A model generated the notes under the pieces. That model was not told the origin of the DNA, ran no database searches, and saw only the letters and a list, made by a program, of their open reading frames with translations. Positions 52,397 to 64,000 of a stretch of DNA of 64,000 bases are shown here, piece after piece (positions within the stretch are counted from its first letter, which is position 1; each line of letters begins with the position of its first letter). The stretch is from Lingula anatina. Its lineage: Eukaryota > Animalia > Brachiopoda. Location of the stretch: positions 24,518,934-24,582,933 of the forward strand of contig CM120645.1 of assembly GCA_051362555.1 (NCBI GenBank), given 5' to 3'. The position numbers and the translations under genes were made by a program.

Positions 52397-53730
52397 TCAT
52401 GCTTATAAATAGAAGTACCATTTAGAATTGCCATATTGAAGAGAATTGTTGCATTAGATCATTATAAATAGAAGTACCATTTAGAATTGCCATATTGAAG
52501 AGAATTGTTGCATTAGACCATTATAAATAGAAGTACCATTTAGAATTGCCATATTGAAGAGAATTGTTGCATTAGACCATTATAAAAAGAAGAACCATTT
52601 AGAATTGCCATATTGAAGGGAATTGTTGCATTAGATCATTATAAATAGAAGTACCATTTAGAATTGCCATATTGAAGAGAATTGTTGCATTAGACCATTA
52701 TAAATAGAAGTACCATTTAGAATTGCCATATTGAAGAGAATTGTTGCATTAGACCATTATAAAAAGAAGAACCATTTAGAATTGCCATATTGAAGGGAAT
52801 TGTTGCATTAGATCATTATAAATAGAAGTACCATTTAGAATTGCCATATTGAAGGGAATTGTTGCATTAGATCATTATAAATAGAAGAACCATTTAGAAT
52901 TGCCATATTGAAGGGAATTGTTGCATTAGACCCCATTCCCAGAGATTAGATCGATCTACTTAAGATCGACCTAACACCCTGGGGGGTTCACGCTAAATAG
53001 CTGTCAGCCGAGCAGGCACAAAAGTTAATTACCCCTTACAGCTTGTAGTAGGCGGGACAGACATTTAAGACATATTATCTGCCAGTAATCTAGTGAGACT
53101 CCCCGCGGGGATAGATCGATCTAAAAGCTCTGGGAATACACCCTTAGATCATTATAAAGAGTAGTACCATTTAGAATTGCCATATTGAAGAGAATTGTTG
53201 CATTAGATCATTATAAATAGAGGTACCATATAGAATTGCCATATTGAAGAGAATTGTTGCATTAGATCATTATGAATAGATGTAGCATTTAGAATTGCCA
53301 TATTGAAGAGAATTGTTGCATTAGATCAATATAAATAGAAATACCATTTAGAATTGCCATATTGAAGAGAATTGTTGCATTAGATCATTATAAATAGAAG
53401 TACCATTTATAATTGACATATTGAAGAGAATTGTTGCATTAGATCAATATAAATAGAAATACCATTTAGAATTGTCATATTGAAGAGAATTGTTGCATTA
53501 GATCATTATAAATAGAAGTACCATTTAGAATTGCCATATTGAAGAGAATTGTTGCATTAGATTATTATAAATAGAAGTACCATTTAGAATTGCCATATTG
53601 AAGAGAATTGTTGCATTAGATTATTATAAATAGAAGTACCATTTAGAATTGCCATATTGAAGAGAATTGTTGCATTAGATTATTATAAATAGAAGTACCA
53701 TTTAGAATTGCCATATTGAAGAGAATTGTT
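52397..53730. repeat. 59-bp satellite array (~19 copies) interrupted by a MITE
   Basis: Unit attataaatagaagtaccatttagaattgccatattgaagagaattgttgcattagatc. Confidence 0.95.
52929..53143. mobile_element. ~210-bp MITE (TTA target); second copy at ~54027-54240, likely fragment near 25-68
   Basis: ttcccagagattagatcgatcta ... tagatcgatctaaaagctctgggaa ends; inserted in the satellite with TTA duplicated; near-identical internal sequence at 54030-54235. Confidence 0.8.
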
Positions 53731-54471
53731 GATCATGAGTGCCAAAAATATAGAACTATGATGATCATAAACACATACCCAATGCCATGGGGACCAGTTG
53801 TAAGGTTAGATTATGAATGTCTCCCACATAACACCATGGTGATTATAAACACATACCCAATGTCATATATTGTGGGGACCATTTTCCATGGAAGATGATG
53901 CATATGCAGCAGACAAAGCTGGATAAGAAAGTCATTAAGGTCAAGTTTTTAGTAGTTTATTTTTCAAAATGTTAAAGATAACTGTTAATACCACATAAAA
54001 GCAGGTGAAACCAAAGTGGTTTTAACACCCCATTTCCATACATTAGATCGACCTACTTTAGATCGACCTAACTCCCTGGGGGTTCACGCTAAATAGCTGT
54101 CAGCCGAGCGGACACGAAAGTTAATTACCCCCTTACAGCTTGTAGTAGGCGGGACGGACATTTAAGTCAGATTATCTGAAAGTAATCTAGTGAGACTCCC
54201 CGCGGGGATAGATCGATCTAAAATCTATGGGAATAGAGCCTAAGTCTGGAATATGTAGGGTATATGTGAAATATCAGAGCTGACATCCATCAACCGTGTT
54301 CCAATGATAAATAAATGTTAGACACAACATGGTACTAGTAGCTATAGGCCTTTTTAAAGTAAACAATCTTTGCATTCAGCCCATCATTTTCATTCCAGTT
54401 GATTTACTAATTGTTTTATACAGTATGGGATTCTTTTCAAGGTGATAACATTTATGACACATTTTATCAAA

Positions 54472-54759
54472 TCCTTGAGAACATCTCATGAATTAGTGGT
54501 GACCATGAGATAAGTAACAGTGAGTTCTACCAACACAATCCTTGAGAACATCTCATGAATGTGTGGTGACCATGAGATAAGTAACAGTGAGTTCTCCCAA
54601 CACAATCCTTGAGAACATCTCATGAATGTGTGGTGACCATGAGATAAGTAACAGTGAGTTCTCCCAACACAATCCTTGAGAACATCTCATGAATGTGTGG
54701 TGACCATGATATAAGTAACAGTGAGTTCTCCCAACACAATCCTTGAGAATATCTCATGC
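54472..54759. repeat. 66-bp tandem repeat (~4.3 copies)
   Basis: Unit aatccttgagaacatctcatgaatgtgtggtgaccatgagataagtaacagtgagttctcccaacac-like. Confidence 0.9.
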
Positions 54760-56120
54760 ATTCAAAGTAATTGCATGATAAAATGGCCAAAGATTGTAAA
54801 AGACAAACCTGGAATCCTTTCTTCTTAAAAAAACTTGGATAACAGAGTAAGTAATGTCAGCATTTCATACTAATGGTAACTTAAGAACAAATGGCCCACA
54901 GTGAATTTGTTTGTCATATTAGATATATTAAAGTGCAACAGTTGTCTCCACTAAGAGTAAAGTCAGTTGTTGTGAACCGTCTAAAATGACTTTAACTTTA
55001 ATTTATAACTGTACTGAATTTCAGTGTATCAATTTCCATTAACGAATTAACTAATCTATGGGCTCCGACATGACTCCAGATCCGACTCAGTCTTTCACTT
55101 TACGTGCACAGAGAAGCATAACAGAACAACCTCACATCTTAAGTCTCAGATCAAAAAAAAAAAGTCTTTATTATGGACAAGCTTCAAGTTATATACAGAT
55201 TATCTACGGGGAATCTATGTGTACATGTGGCTGCTTCTTATTTACATACGTGTACATGTGGCTGCTACTTATTTACATACTAATTGTTGTGCAATATTAA
55301 CAGGTGATATGTATCCGTCCCAGGCATAGGCCTACCTATGGGCCTCTACAGAAAATAATATTTATGTATGCAGGACAGACGCAAATTATATAATAACGCG
55401 TTGATTAACTATGAATACACAGTGTGGAATTAGTGCAGGATTCCACACAGTGTCAGATGCTTTCAAATTTGGACTTAATGAGTTGAGGCATTATTTGGAA
55501 CATTACTGTCACCACCAGAAATATCATCTATGTTCCAAAATATCTCTTGATATGTTATGTTGTGTTGTGTTATGTTGTGTTGTGTTGTGTTGTGTTACAT
55601 TATGTTATGTCATCCATAATACTAACAGGTATCGTTGATATTTAGTGCCCAATGATGGATGTTGGCAACTTTTGAGATTTACAGAAATAAGCAGTTGACT
55701 TTATTTAGTAGATCCCAAGTTGTGGTAATTAATATTTCTTAGTCAGTGGCAGTTTTTAGATAAATATGTATATCCTCAACTTTATTGTAGTTGATGATGG
55801 ACACCTGGAATACATATATAAGGAACACTATTAGATATCTAGCTATCTCCTTCCCACGGGGGAAGTTTTATACGGGCATGTATAAAACGTCACTTATATG
55901 CCAGTCCTCATTCCTCTTTTTAAAGTCCTCCGTCTCCTCCCCTGGGGAGCTTTTAAAGTCTGTGAACATGGATCCTCCATAGTTCTTTTCAAAAGTCAAT
56001 TGTAATTAGGAAACTGAAGCAACAACAACAACTTTTAAAAGCTATATGCTAAAAAAAAGTCAAATAAGATATCTAGCTAAAGTCATTTAAAAAAAAAAAA
56101 AAATCAAGTATTTTGAGACT

Positions 56121-56753
56121 TCACGAAGAGTCCCTGGTTGAAGCCGGTTTCCGAGTATCCTGTATGCCAGTCTCCTTAGAATGACGGCTTGGTCTGGATG
56201 GAGTAAGCATTTCCATGGTGCCTGGCTTGTTATGAGGTAGCAAACGGGCTAATGCACGTGGCAAACCACCACTGGTGCGCTGCTTGGTAACAGGGGCATC
56301 CTGGCCACTGGGATCTGGGGCACTCAAATCTGGCTCTTCAGGTAATTGCACTGGAGTAGAAGCTTCCTGGTATGGAACAGTAGGTTCATCTGGATTCTTT
56401 GGTTGTGTCACCTGTACAGGGTTTTCATGGGTTTGCTTCTTTCCCAGATGAAGGTCACCAGGTTCGTGATGGACCAACTTAGTGGGTTGCTCAGGCACTG
56501 TGTTCTCTTTGAGGGCTGACTCAATCATGGGGGAATAGTCACTGGTAACAAATGGAGTGAACTTTCTTAGATGCTGACGGTTGCGGATAGTCACTCTGCC
56601 TGAACCATCTACTTTGATGACATACTGGTGGTGCTGTCTTACTTCAATTACTATTCCAGTTCGCTCCCACTTTCGGGGATAATTTCCCACAAGGTTCTGT
56701 AAGTACACATGATCTCCAACCCTCAATGGTGGTAAGATCTTAGTATGCTCACT
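56121..56753 (-). pseudogene. Integrase C-terminal continuation after the premature stop
   Basis: SEHTKILPPLRVGDHVYLQN...KWERTGIVIEVRQHHQYVIKVDGSGRVTIRNRQHLRK, in frame with pol. Confidence 0.8.
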
Positions 56754-59700
56754 TCAGCGTTCATGTTCTCTGGAATGACATTTTGCAAGTGCCCTTTCTC
56801 GATGTGACATCAGCTCTCTCCATGTTTCGTGTAGGGAATACCTTCCCATGGGTATTGGAATAGCATCACGAATAGGCCGTCCAAATATAATTAATGCTGG
56901 GGAAGCCTTTGTTTGTGGGTCAATAGAATTTCTATACATAAGCATGGCTTTCTGAAACTTGTCGACATCAAGGGATCCTGTTGGGGCTATATTGTCTGCA
57001 AGCATCCGCTTCACAGTTTTGACAGCTATCTCAGCTCTACAGTTAGCATGAGGGTTGGCAACTGACGAGATTCTATGTTTAACACCCCAGGTCTTAAGAA
57101 ATTCTTGTGTTTTCCCTGCAGTAAATTGTGGTCCACCATCCGAGGTCAACTCCTCTGGTATTCCAAATGTTACGAAAGTTTCACGCAATCTCCTGATTAG
57201 ACCCTCTGCGCCTCCTTCTGCTTTAAAAGCCATTGGCCAATTGGAATAGTGGTCGACAATGACAACATAATCTTTACTGTTGTATGTGAAGTAGTCACAG
57301 CAGATCATCTGGAAAGGGTAGTCTGGTTGTTTAATATCAGATGGTGGCTGCATTGGGTTTGATTTAGCCATGCGATGACAATGTGCACATTGGTCCCTCA
57401 CTCTGGCAATGTCAACTGAGATATTGGGCCAAAAAACAGAGTCTGCTGCTCGGGACTGCATAGCACTTACACCCTGGTGAGCTGCATGGAGAGCATTGAC
57501 GATTGGTGTGCGTAAGGCCCTTGGAATAGCAATTCGTTGACCCATAAGTATCACTCCATCAACAACACACAGGCTTGCTGTGTGGCGGTGGTATGGACGT
57601 ATCTCTATGGGGAGTTCTCTGCAATCTTCTGGGAAGCCTTTTTCAAGGTATTGCATTAGTGTAAGTAATGTTTCATCTGAAGAGGTGGCATCTTGGACCA
57701 TATCCCAGGTGACAATAATGTTAGCAGCATCCAATGAGGCAGAAGCAGCAGCAATGGTGGAAGCATCATCAGCAAAGTCTGTGTCTGCTGTGTCTTGGCA
57801 TAAACTAGCCAATGTGACCTGTGGAGGCACAGCCATGAAGGATATAGTATCACTGTCAGATGGTTCATTTGGTAGATGCATTCTACTTCGCTGACCAGCA
57901 GGGTGTCTGGATGCTGCATCTGGGCCAGGGTTCTTCTTCCCTGGGACATGCACTATGGTGAATCTGTATGCTAGTGTCTTTTCTTTTAGATTTAGTAGTC
58001 GCCTGTTGTGAATTTCGGTGAGTGACCTATCATTTAGCACCTGAACCAGTGGTTTGTGGTCTGTGGCAACAATCAAATCTTTACAGCCCAAAACATAGTA
58101 GCGAGTCTGATGCAATGCATAGGCCACAGCCAAGGCTTCACCCTCTATGGGTGCATATCTGCTTTCTGCTGGGTGGGTGAACCTGCTTCCTACCAAGCAT
58201 AACTTCCAGCCATTGTGACAACACGCTGGAGTTTTGGATGTGCATTGGCAATACTTTTGCATCAGGAAGAATCCAACTCCATCAACAGACCAATCAGTGG
58301 ACAGACATGTTTGGCGGTTTGGATCAAACAAACGCACTCCTTCTTTCATCTCTTCTATAATGACTTCCTTGGATTGATGGAACAGGTTGTCTAACTCATC
58401 TGTCCATTCAAATTTCGTAGATGGCTTTAGGAGCTTCCTGAATGGCTTCATCTGACGTGCCATTGAGAATGCATAAGCGCCTTGATTAATAAGCCCAAAC
58501 CAGGCTCGGGCACCACTGATATCCGTAGGTGTTGGGAATTTCCTTATGGCATCTATAAACTTGTCACTTGGTTGTATGTTCGTAGGTGTGATTGCAAGTC
58601 CAGCAAATTCGACTGCATCTTGGGCAAACTGAAATTTCTTGGGATTCAAAGTGATACCATTACGTGCACACAGGTCTAACCACTTGCATGCTTGAAAGAA
58701 TGCCTCTTCAACTGAGTTTGCCCACATGCATGTATCATCTACACACTTGACTTTATTAGGAAAGTCTGTGATTATGGCATCAAATCTCTGGTTGTAGGCA
58801 TCTCCACTGGCCAAAAACCCCTGAGGTGCTACCCTGTATCTGTAACGACCCCATGGTGTGATGAAAGTCGTAATATGCCTGTCCTCTTCCCTAATAGGCA
58901 CAGAGTGGTACCCATTCCAGGCATCCGTCACAGTTTTTTTTACACCCTGTGGGATGCGGTTTGCTAAGTGAAAGGGGGTAGGCACATGGTGTGTTTGGCG
59001 GACAGAGTGGCGGTTCAGTTGCTGTAAGTCTACTGTTCGTCTAGGAGTACCATCGGCTTTTCCCGTTACTACCATGCGGGAACACCATGTTGTTGGGGTA
59101 TTCGGACTGACTCGTTCAAGGACCCCTATTCGGACATCCCTTTCAAGATCAGCAAAGACCCTCTCTTGCCAGTGAATTGGAACAAGTGCTGGCTTGTGGA
59201 CTGCGACTGGTTTGGCATCTGGATCCACATGTAGTTGGAGCGGTTCACATTTCATCAGTGGTAATGGCTGATGTTCACACGTATTAAATGTTGTTGCTCC
59301 ATAATAGTCGAGGAGCCAATCTTTAAGCACTCCAACATTTTCTTCCGAAGCCTTTAAGCCAGGGGGAAGAGATGATGGTAATGGCGGTGGCTCCTCTCTG
59401 CGCCTTGGGCATGTGCATGAAACTTCATCAATGGGGCCAATTGAAGCTGTGTGTGTTGTATGCCTGGCACTCGGAAAATCTGGCTTAATTATCCCCAAGT
59501 CTGTAAGTGCCTCTCTGCAGAGGAATGCTTTCTCGATGGATTCAGACACATAACACATTAAGCGAGACGTTCTGATGTGATTGTTTTCATCTTTGACAGA
59601 GACACTAACAGCAATGCCACCCATAACACCCAGATTCTCTCTGATGGCACCTCGCATCACAAGTTTAACAGGCAAGAGGTCTTCTTTCCTTATGCCTAGA

Positions 59701-59795
59701 GCCATAGCCGCCTTCAGTGGTATTTTGCTGCTCTGACACCCTGTATCCGCAATCATGGACATGTTGACTGGTTTAAGTGTTGACGTGTCTTGCAT
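56754..59795 (-). CDS. pol: Gypsy pol: protease (ADTG), reverse transcriptase (TDAWNGY, KCVDD), RNase H (TDWS, EGEALAV, TDHKPL), integrase (HHCC, SDGGPQF, AEIAV)
   Basis: 1013-aa ORF with the canonical domain motifs; ends at an in-frame TGA, with the same frame continuing as ORF 56121-56726. Confidence 0.93.
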   Translation of the reverse strand: MQDTSTLKPVNMSMIADTGCQSSKIPLKAAMALGIRKEDLLPVKLVMRGAIRENLGVMGGIAVSVSVKDENNHIRTSRLMCYVSESIEKAFLCREALTDLGIIKPDFPSARHTTHTASIGPIDEVSCTCPRRREEPPPLPSSLPPGLKASEENVGVLKDWLLDYYGATTFNTCEHQPLPLMKCEPLQLHVDPDAKPVAVHKPALVPIHWQERVFADLERDVRIGVLERVSPNTPTTWCSRMVVTGKADGTPRRTVDLQQLNRHSVRQTHHVPTPFHLANRIPQGVKKTVTDAWNGYHSVPIREEDRHITTFITPWGRYRYRVAPQGFLASGDAYNQRFDAIITDFPNKVKCVDDTCMWANSVEEAFFQACKWLDLCARNGITLNPKKFQFAQDAVEFAGLAITPTNIQPSDKFIDAIRKFPTPTDISGARAWFGLINQGAYAFSMARQMKPFRKLLKPSTKFEWTDELDNLFHQSKEVIIEEMKEGVRLFDPNRQTCLSTDWSVDGVGFFLMQKYCQCTSKTPACCHNGWKLCLVGSRFTHPAESRYAPIEGEALAVAYALHQTRYYVLGCKDLIVATDHKPLVQVLNDRSLTEIHNRRLLNLKEKTLAYRFTIVHVPGKKNPGPDAASRHPAGQRSRMHLPNEPSDSDTISFMAVPPQVTLASLCQDTADTDFADDASTIAAASASLDAANIIVTWDMVQDATSSDETLLTLMQYLEKGFPEDCRELPIEIRPYHRHTASLCVVDGVILMGQRIAIPRALRTPIVNALHAAHQGVSAMQSRAADSVFWPNISVDIARVRDQCAHCHRMAKSNPMQPPSDIKQPDYPFQMICCDYFTYNSKDYVVIVDHYSNWPMAFKAEGGAEGLIRRLRETFVTFGIPEELTSDGGPQFTAGKTQEFLKTWGVKHRISSVANPHANCRAEIAVKTVKRMLADNIAPTGSLDVDKFQKAMLMYRNSIDPQTKASPALIIFGRPIRDAIPIPMGRYSLHETWRELMSHRERALAKCHSREHER

Positions 59796-60439
59796 CGGAT
59801 ACCCTCAAGGGTCCTGTCTGTTTTTGGGTCACCCAATAAATCTGACATAATTTCTGGGTCAGCGATGCCTCTGATGAGATTGTCCTTTATGATTTCATCG
59901 CTGTAGTCAAACATATGGGTGCAGCCTTCTTCTTTACATGTGGCTGTATAGCGACATAATGCTGCTTGGCCTCTCAGGCTTGCCAAAAATGTTCTAATAC
60001 TGGTTCCTGGAGTTTGAGTCATTTTGCTCAGTCGTATGCGATGAACCAGGGTACTCTCATCTTTGACAGCTAGTCTTCTTATGGCAGCTAGGAGGTCTGC
60101 CTCTGCCATACTTGCAACATTGTCTCTAAGATCTCGCATAATGTCTGTGCGTAAGTCTTGATCACAACAGTAAAAAAGGGCGGTTGCTACCATATTTTCA
60201 GCAATGTTCATACCAGCCTTGTACATGTTCCACTGCCTAGTGAATGCCGACCATTGATCCGGATCAGATCCTGTTGAAATTTGGGGTGGATCCAGCTTGA
60301 GTTTCTGGGGCGCCGGCTGAGTTGGATGGGCAGTCTGGCCATGCATTTGGAGAGCTGTGGTTAAGGCTCCTGCAAAGGCGGCATCAAGGTCCTGTGACTG
60401 CCAGTCACAACCCACCACAGGACACTGCAGTTGGGGCAT
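59753..60439 (-). CDS. gag: Gypsy gag (C-terminally truncated)
   Basis: QWSAFTRQWNMYK...FLASLRGQAALC...IIKDNLIRGIAD; no zinc knuckle; abrupt junction to the protease region. Confidence 0.8.
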   Translation of the reverse strand: MPQLQCPVVGCDWQSQDLDAAFAGALTTALQMHGQTAHPTQPAPQKLKLDPPQISTGSDPDQWSAFTRQWNMYKAGMNIAENMVATALFYCCDQDLRTDIMRDLRDNVASMAEADLLAAIRRLAVKDESTLVHRIRLSKMTQTPGTSIRTFLASLRGQAALCRYTATCKEEGCTHMFDYSDEIIKDNLIRGIADPEIMSDLLGDPKTDRTLEGIRCKTRQHLNQSTCP

Positions 60440-62634
60440 TCTGTTTGTTTTGAAGACTCTACAAATAATGGCTGAAAATCTAACTCAGTGGCAAGGGAAA
60501 TCTGGTGTCCGTCATAGATAAATATGTATATCCTCAACTTTATTGTAGTTGATGATGGACACCTGGAATACATATATAAGGAACACTATTAGATATCTAG
60601 CTAGTTTTTATTTATAAGACCCCAAGTCATTGGCAGTTTTTATTTATAAGACCCCAAGTCAGTGGCAGTTTTTCTCAGTGTTTGTATGCAGCAGTTCAAA
60701 TATTGAATATGATAAGAGCAATTACCCAATCCTTAGATAGCAATTCCCATAGTTTCCTGGAATGTTTGGAAGACTCAGATAATATCACAAAATCAATGTC
60801 TTTTCAAAACAGTGTTTTCCAGGTCATATTTTGTTCTATATTGATTATACAGAGTGCAGGGCATTACAGCTAAAGCAGAGCTGATACTTTGAAGTGGCAT
60901 TGAATTAAGAATCCTATAATTGTTGCTATTTGTTGAGATAGAAATTTCAAGTTCAGTATATTTTATTCAGATGCGCCTTATTTGCAAGGCTGCTGTAAGA
61001 TAACATTGTATTACATGAATAAAAATAGTATCTAGTTTCCATTACACATTTCTTGTTTTTCAAAAGCTTATGGTGTTAATCCTCAGAAATAGAAAACACT
61101 TGAGACGTTTACATGTGGAGAAATCTGGTTTGTTTCATGTGCGTGCCTGATTCTCACCTAGAGAGGGCAGTAGAACCCTAAATTCAGAAGGTTCACTGTT
61201 AACAAGATCTGCAGTTTCCAAAAATAAAGGAGCCTTGATCTGAAATAGACCATTATTCTGAAGACCCCCTATTCTGAAGGTCTGTTATTCTGAAAAAGGT
61301 TGATTGATGCGCTAAAATAAGAAAAAAAATTGCATAAACAGGGCACTGGCCACCATGTCAAAGAAGTGCATTTTATTTGTTATCTTAAATTTGTGCTTTT
61401 TGCACTCTATCCGTACTTTCGGAATAGCAGCCCTTTGTAGAACCTAGGGATAGTGTATCCTTGGAATACTGGGTCTTCAGAATAGCGATCCCTTAGAACC
61501 TTGTCCATCTTGTCCAAGTGTAAACAGGCCGTAGCTGACAGCCTTGGAGAAAGTATGAAAGATGATGTTTTTATAATCTCTGCTACAGTAATGCACAGTT
61601 GGAAGCAGTTCAGATAGTAACACACTGCTGTGTATGTGTATGTAGGCCTGAATGGAATGGAACTCGAGAAACTGATCAAGCTATATTGCAGCCTGTGCTG
61701 ATATATGATCTGATACATGTCTTTGTCCTGAAAAATATGACCATAGTTGTGTAAAATTGATGGAGAGATATATTTGAACACATCACATTGGATTTTGATA
61801 TGCCAGTATTTGATATAGAAGATTGGGAAATTTGGTACTTTATGTACATATACCTAAAAGGAATATGAATTGTTTAAATATGAGAAACCAATTAATGATG
61901 TTGATGGATAATAAAGAACAAAAAACTTTATGTACAAGTCCCAGGTACTTAGTGGATCATGCTAAATTACTTGAAGGTTTCAGTCATATCAGGATATAAA
62001 AAGTGGATTTGAACAGTGATGAATATACCCAATGGGGTCTTCTTGATTGAATGTATCAAGTACGGAGCCTCTGTTTCCGTGACTGTCATATATAATGGCC
62101 AGGTGTTAAGTTTTCAGTTTCTGGAATTGTAGTGGGATAGGCCGTATACTGCTAGAGTGTACTACATGAAGTGACAAGGATCTCTTCCCTCCCCCCCCCC
62201 CCCCCCCCCCCCCATGCTGGGCAGACTGGACTGAGCAACATGGTCCACAGCTGGACTACAGGGCCTCCAGCCAGTGACCCCCCCCCCCCCCCCCCATTAC
62301 AGATCCTCTAGCCAGTGACCCCCATTACAGGGCCTCCAGCCAGTGACCCCAGCTGTTCCATATCAATTGTTCCTGGCCTTCTATTGATTTCATATTGCAC
62401 ACATTATATTGGAGACTTCAGTGAGAGGAGCAGAGGGTCTGTAGTGGGCAGGAATTAGTTTTCGTTTTTTTTCCGTTTTTTTTAAAGATAATTTATTTGG
62501 AGTTCTGCAGAGTTGTAAACTAAGACCAGGAATTCTGGGATCTAATGACTTCCTAACATCAGATGTCGGATATATCAGTGATCATAGGTGGAGTGTATTT
62601 GTTGTAGTCATATGTTTTCACACAGAACAAGACT

Positions 62635-63110
62635 CAGACAGACAGACAGTGAATCATATTTATTGCCATGTAGTGGTGGCAATAATTTAATTTTCAGTGC
62701 AGGTATTTGTCAGGAATATTATGATGATTGATGTGCATGCTGTCATCAATCTGACAAGGGTGGCTGATGTCATAGCTAGATAAATAGCACTCCATTCCAG
62801 TAGTAAGTACTTGGTATAGCATCAGAGCATGCGTGAGAGAGTATGCAGTGCATGATGATGCACGCACACACATGCAGGAAGAAAGGTGCATCACTTCCAG
62901 ATATCTGGTGCATTATGCTGTCTGCTGAACTTGCCTGGAGTGAGTCATAGATGTCTAACAGGGAAGTCTGGGAGGGAGCCAGACATATTGGTCCATATAC
63001 TTCACAGCCATTGGGGTATATAATATATACCCTGTCAGGGCCTGTGTATAGGTTATTGAGTGCCCAGTGAGTGGATTTTAACCCATCTGACCTTACTGTT
63101 GGGAGGTTCA
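62635..63110 (-). mobile_element. Possible degenerate 3' fragment of a CR1/L2-type LINE
   Basis: Minus-strand end reads ...gccaccactacatggcaataaa followed by a (ctgt)n tail; upstream broken frames only loosely resemble RT C-terminal motifs. Confidence 0.3.
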
Positions 63111-64000
63111 CACTGCTGCAGCCAGAGACTCAGTTACAATTACTGCAGAGAATGTGAGTGACAGGAAGAGTAAAGATACAATAGCAGTACAGTTGCAGAG
63201 ACTGAATGACAAGCACAGCAAAAACTGAGGTACAGAATTGAAAACAGCAGTAACATACAAACATAGCAGAGACTGGGATACAGTGACAATACTGAATGAA
63301 CATAACAGTACTAAGCTATAGCAGGTCAACTGTAGCCTAGGCTTGCATTCCATAGTAGTTGCTATGACATTTTAACAGTGGACAGGATGTCTGACAGCTC
63401 TATCTAGTATCAGTAGTATTAATCCAGGTACACAGAGAAGAACCCTCCAGTGACAGTTTTGTCTGAGGAGGTAGTGCCTCACCTGTCCCTCTTCAACACC
63501 AGATGTCTTTACTGTATTTATAATCCATATACCTGGAACAATATACAATACATGTGGGCAGTGATTGGATAAAAGTGAGATTTATGATTCAGTTATTACA
63601 CATCCTAATTAAGGGCATATCAAGAGATTGATCAGAGCCAGGATTGAGCATGCTAAAATATACCTATAGTTTTTTTATGGTTTTGGATATTGAGTATACA
63701 TAGAGGGCCCAAATGATGTATTAACCAGTGCCAGAGTTATGTATACCAGTGTATGGCTGGAAGGCACTCTGTTGTGTTGTTGATCTGGAGGAGGGGTGTA
63801 TTTAAAGTTGTCATTAAGGAGACATAGATGTGAACAGTCAGGGAAATTAGTACAGCACAGAGCTCTGTATATAAAGGACAGTGGGCGTTATTTTCAATAA
63901 CCAAGTACAGCTGCTAGCCAGGGCAGCACCGCTTTGGTCTCAAGACGTGGTATTAAATACAGTTTTTATGGTGATAAATTCTGACAGACTGGTAGAGAGT

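Larger units (their letters stand above)
55757..60603 (-). mobile_element. Ty3/Gypsy LTR retrotransposon, recent insertion, probably defective
   Basis: Identical 89-bp LTRs (55757-55845, 60515-60603); 5-bp TSD GTTTT; polypurine tract gggaaggaga next to the 3' LTR; order gag-PR-RT-RNaseH-INT. Confidence 0.95.

Noticed and set aside
61240-61495. Possible MITE with tattctgaag subterminal repeats
   Set aside because: Too degenerate to define termini or a target-site duplication.
63108-63353. Hydrophobic ORF resembling a membrane protein
   Set aside because: Low-complexity, weakly repetitive sequence with no recognisable family or splice context.

Overview
Intron-rich, AT-rich animal genomic DNA (invertebrate; a mollusc-like lophotrochozoan origin is only an inference). 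From left to right: the 3' exons of an ataxin-7 family gene (+); a complete ~27-kb KDM5/lid histone H3K4 demethylase gene (-); head-to-head with it a complete CCDC77 gene (+), whose intron 3 hosts an intronless antisense RING/B-box/NHL (TRIM-like) gene; then the first exons of a BAP31/BAP29-like gene (+), whose long intron contains satellites, MITEs and a recent Ty3/Gypsy element with identical 89-bp LTRs. Two observations stand out. (1) The KDM5 exon encoding the JmjC iron-binding H-x-E motif is present as two diverged, intact 89-nt copies (WHTEDH vs WHNEDH) that can only be used mutually exclusively, with a candidate downstream docking site able to pair with a selector after either copy. (2) At least eight exon-intron junctions in three genes are tandemly amplified as minisatellite units that contain the splice site itself, including ten copies of the CCDC77 last-exon acceptor arranged as AG|GT (possible recursive splicing). 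KDM5 intron 2 also carries a ~5-kb nested-transposon palindrome. Exon boundaries and alignments were read by eye; family assignments rest on recalled sequence similarity, not database searches.
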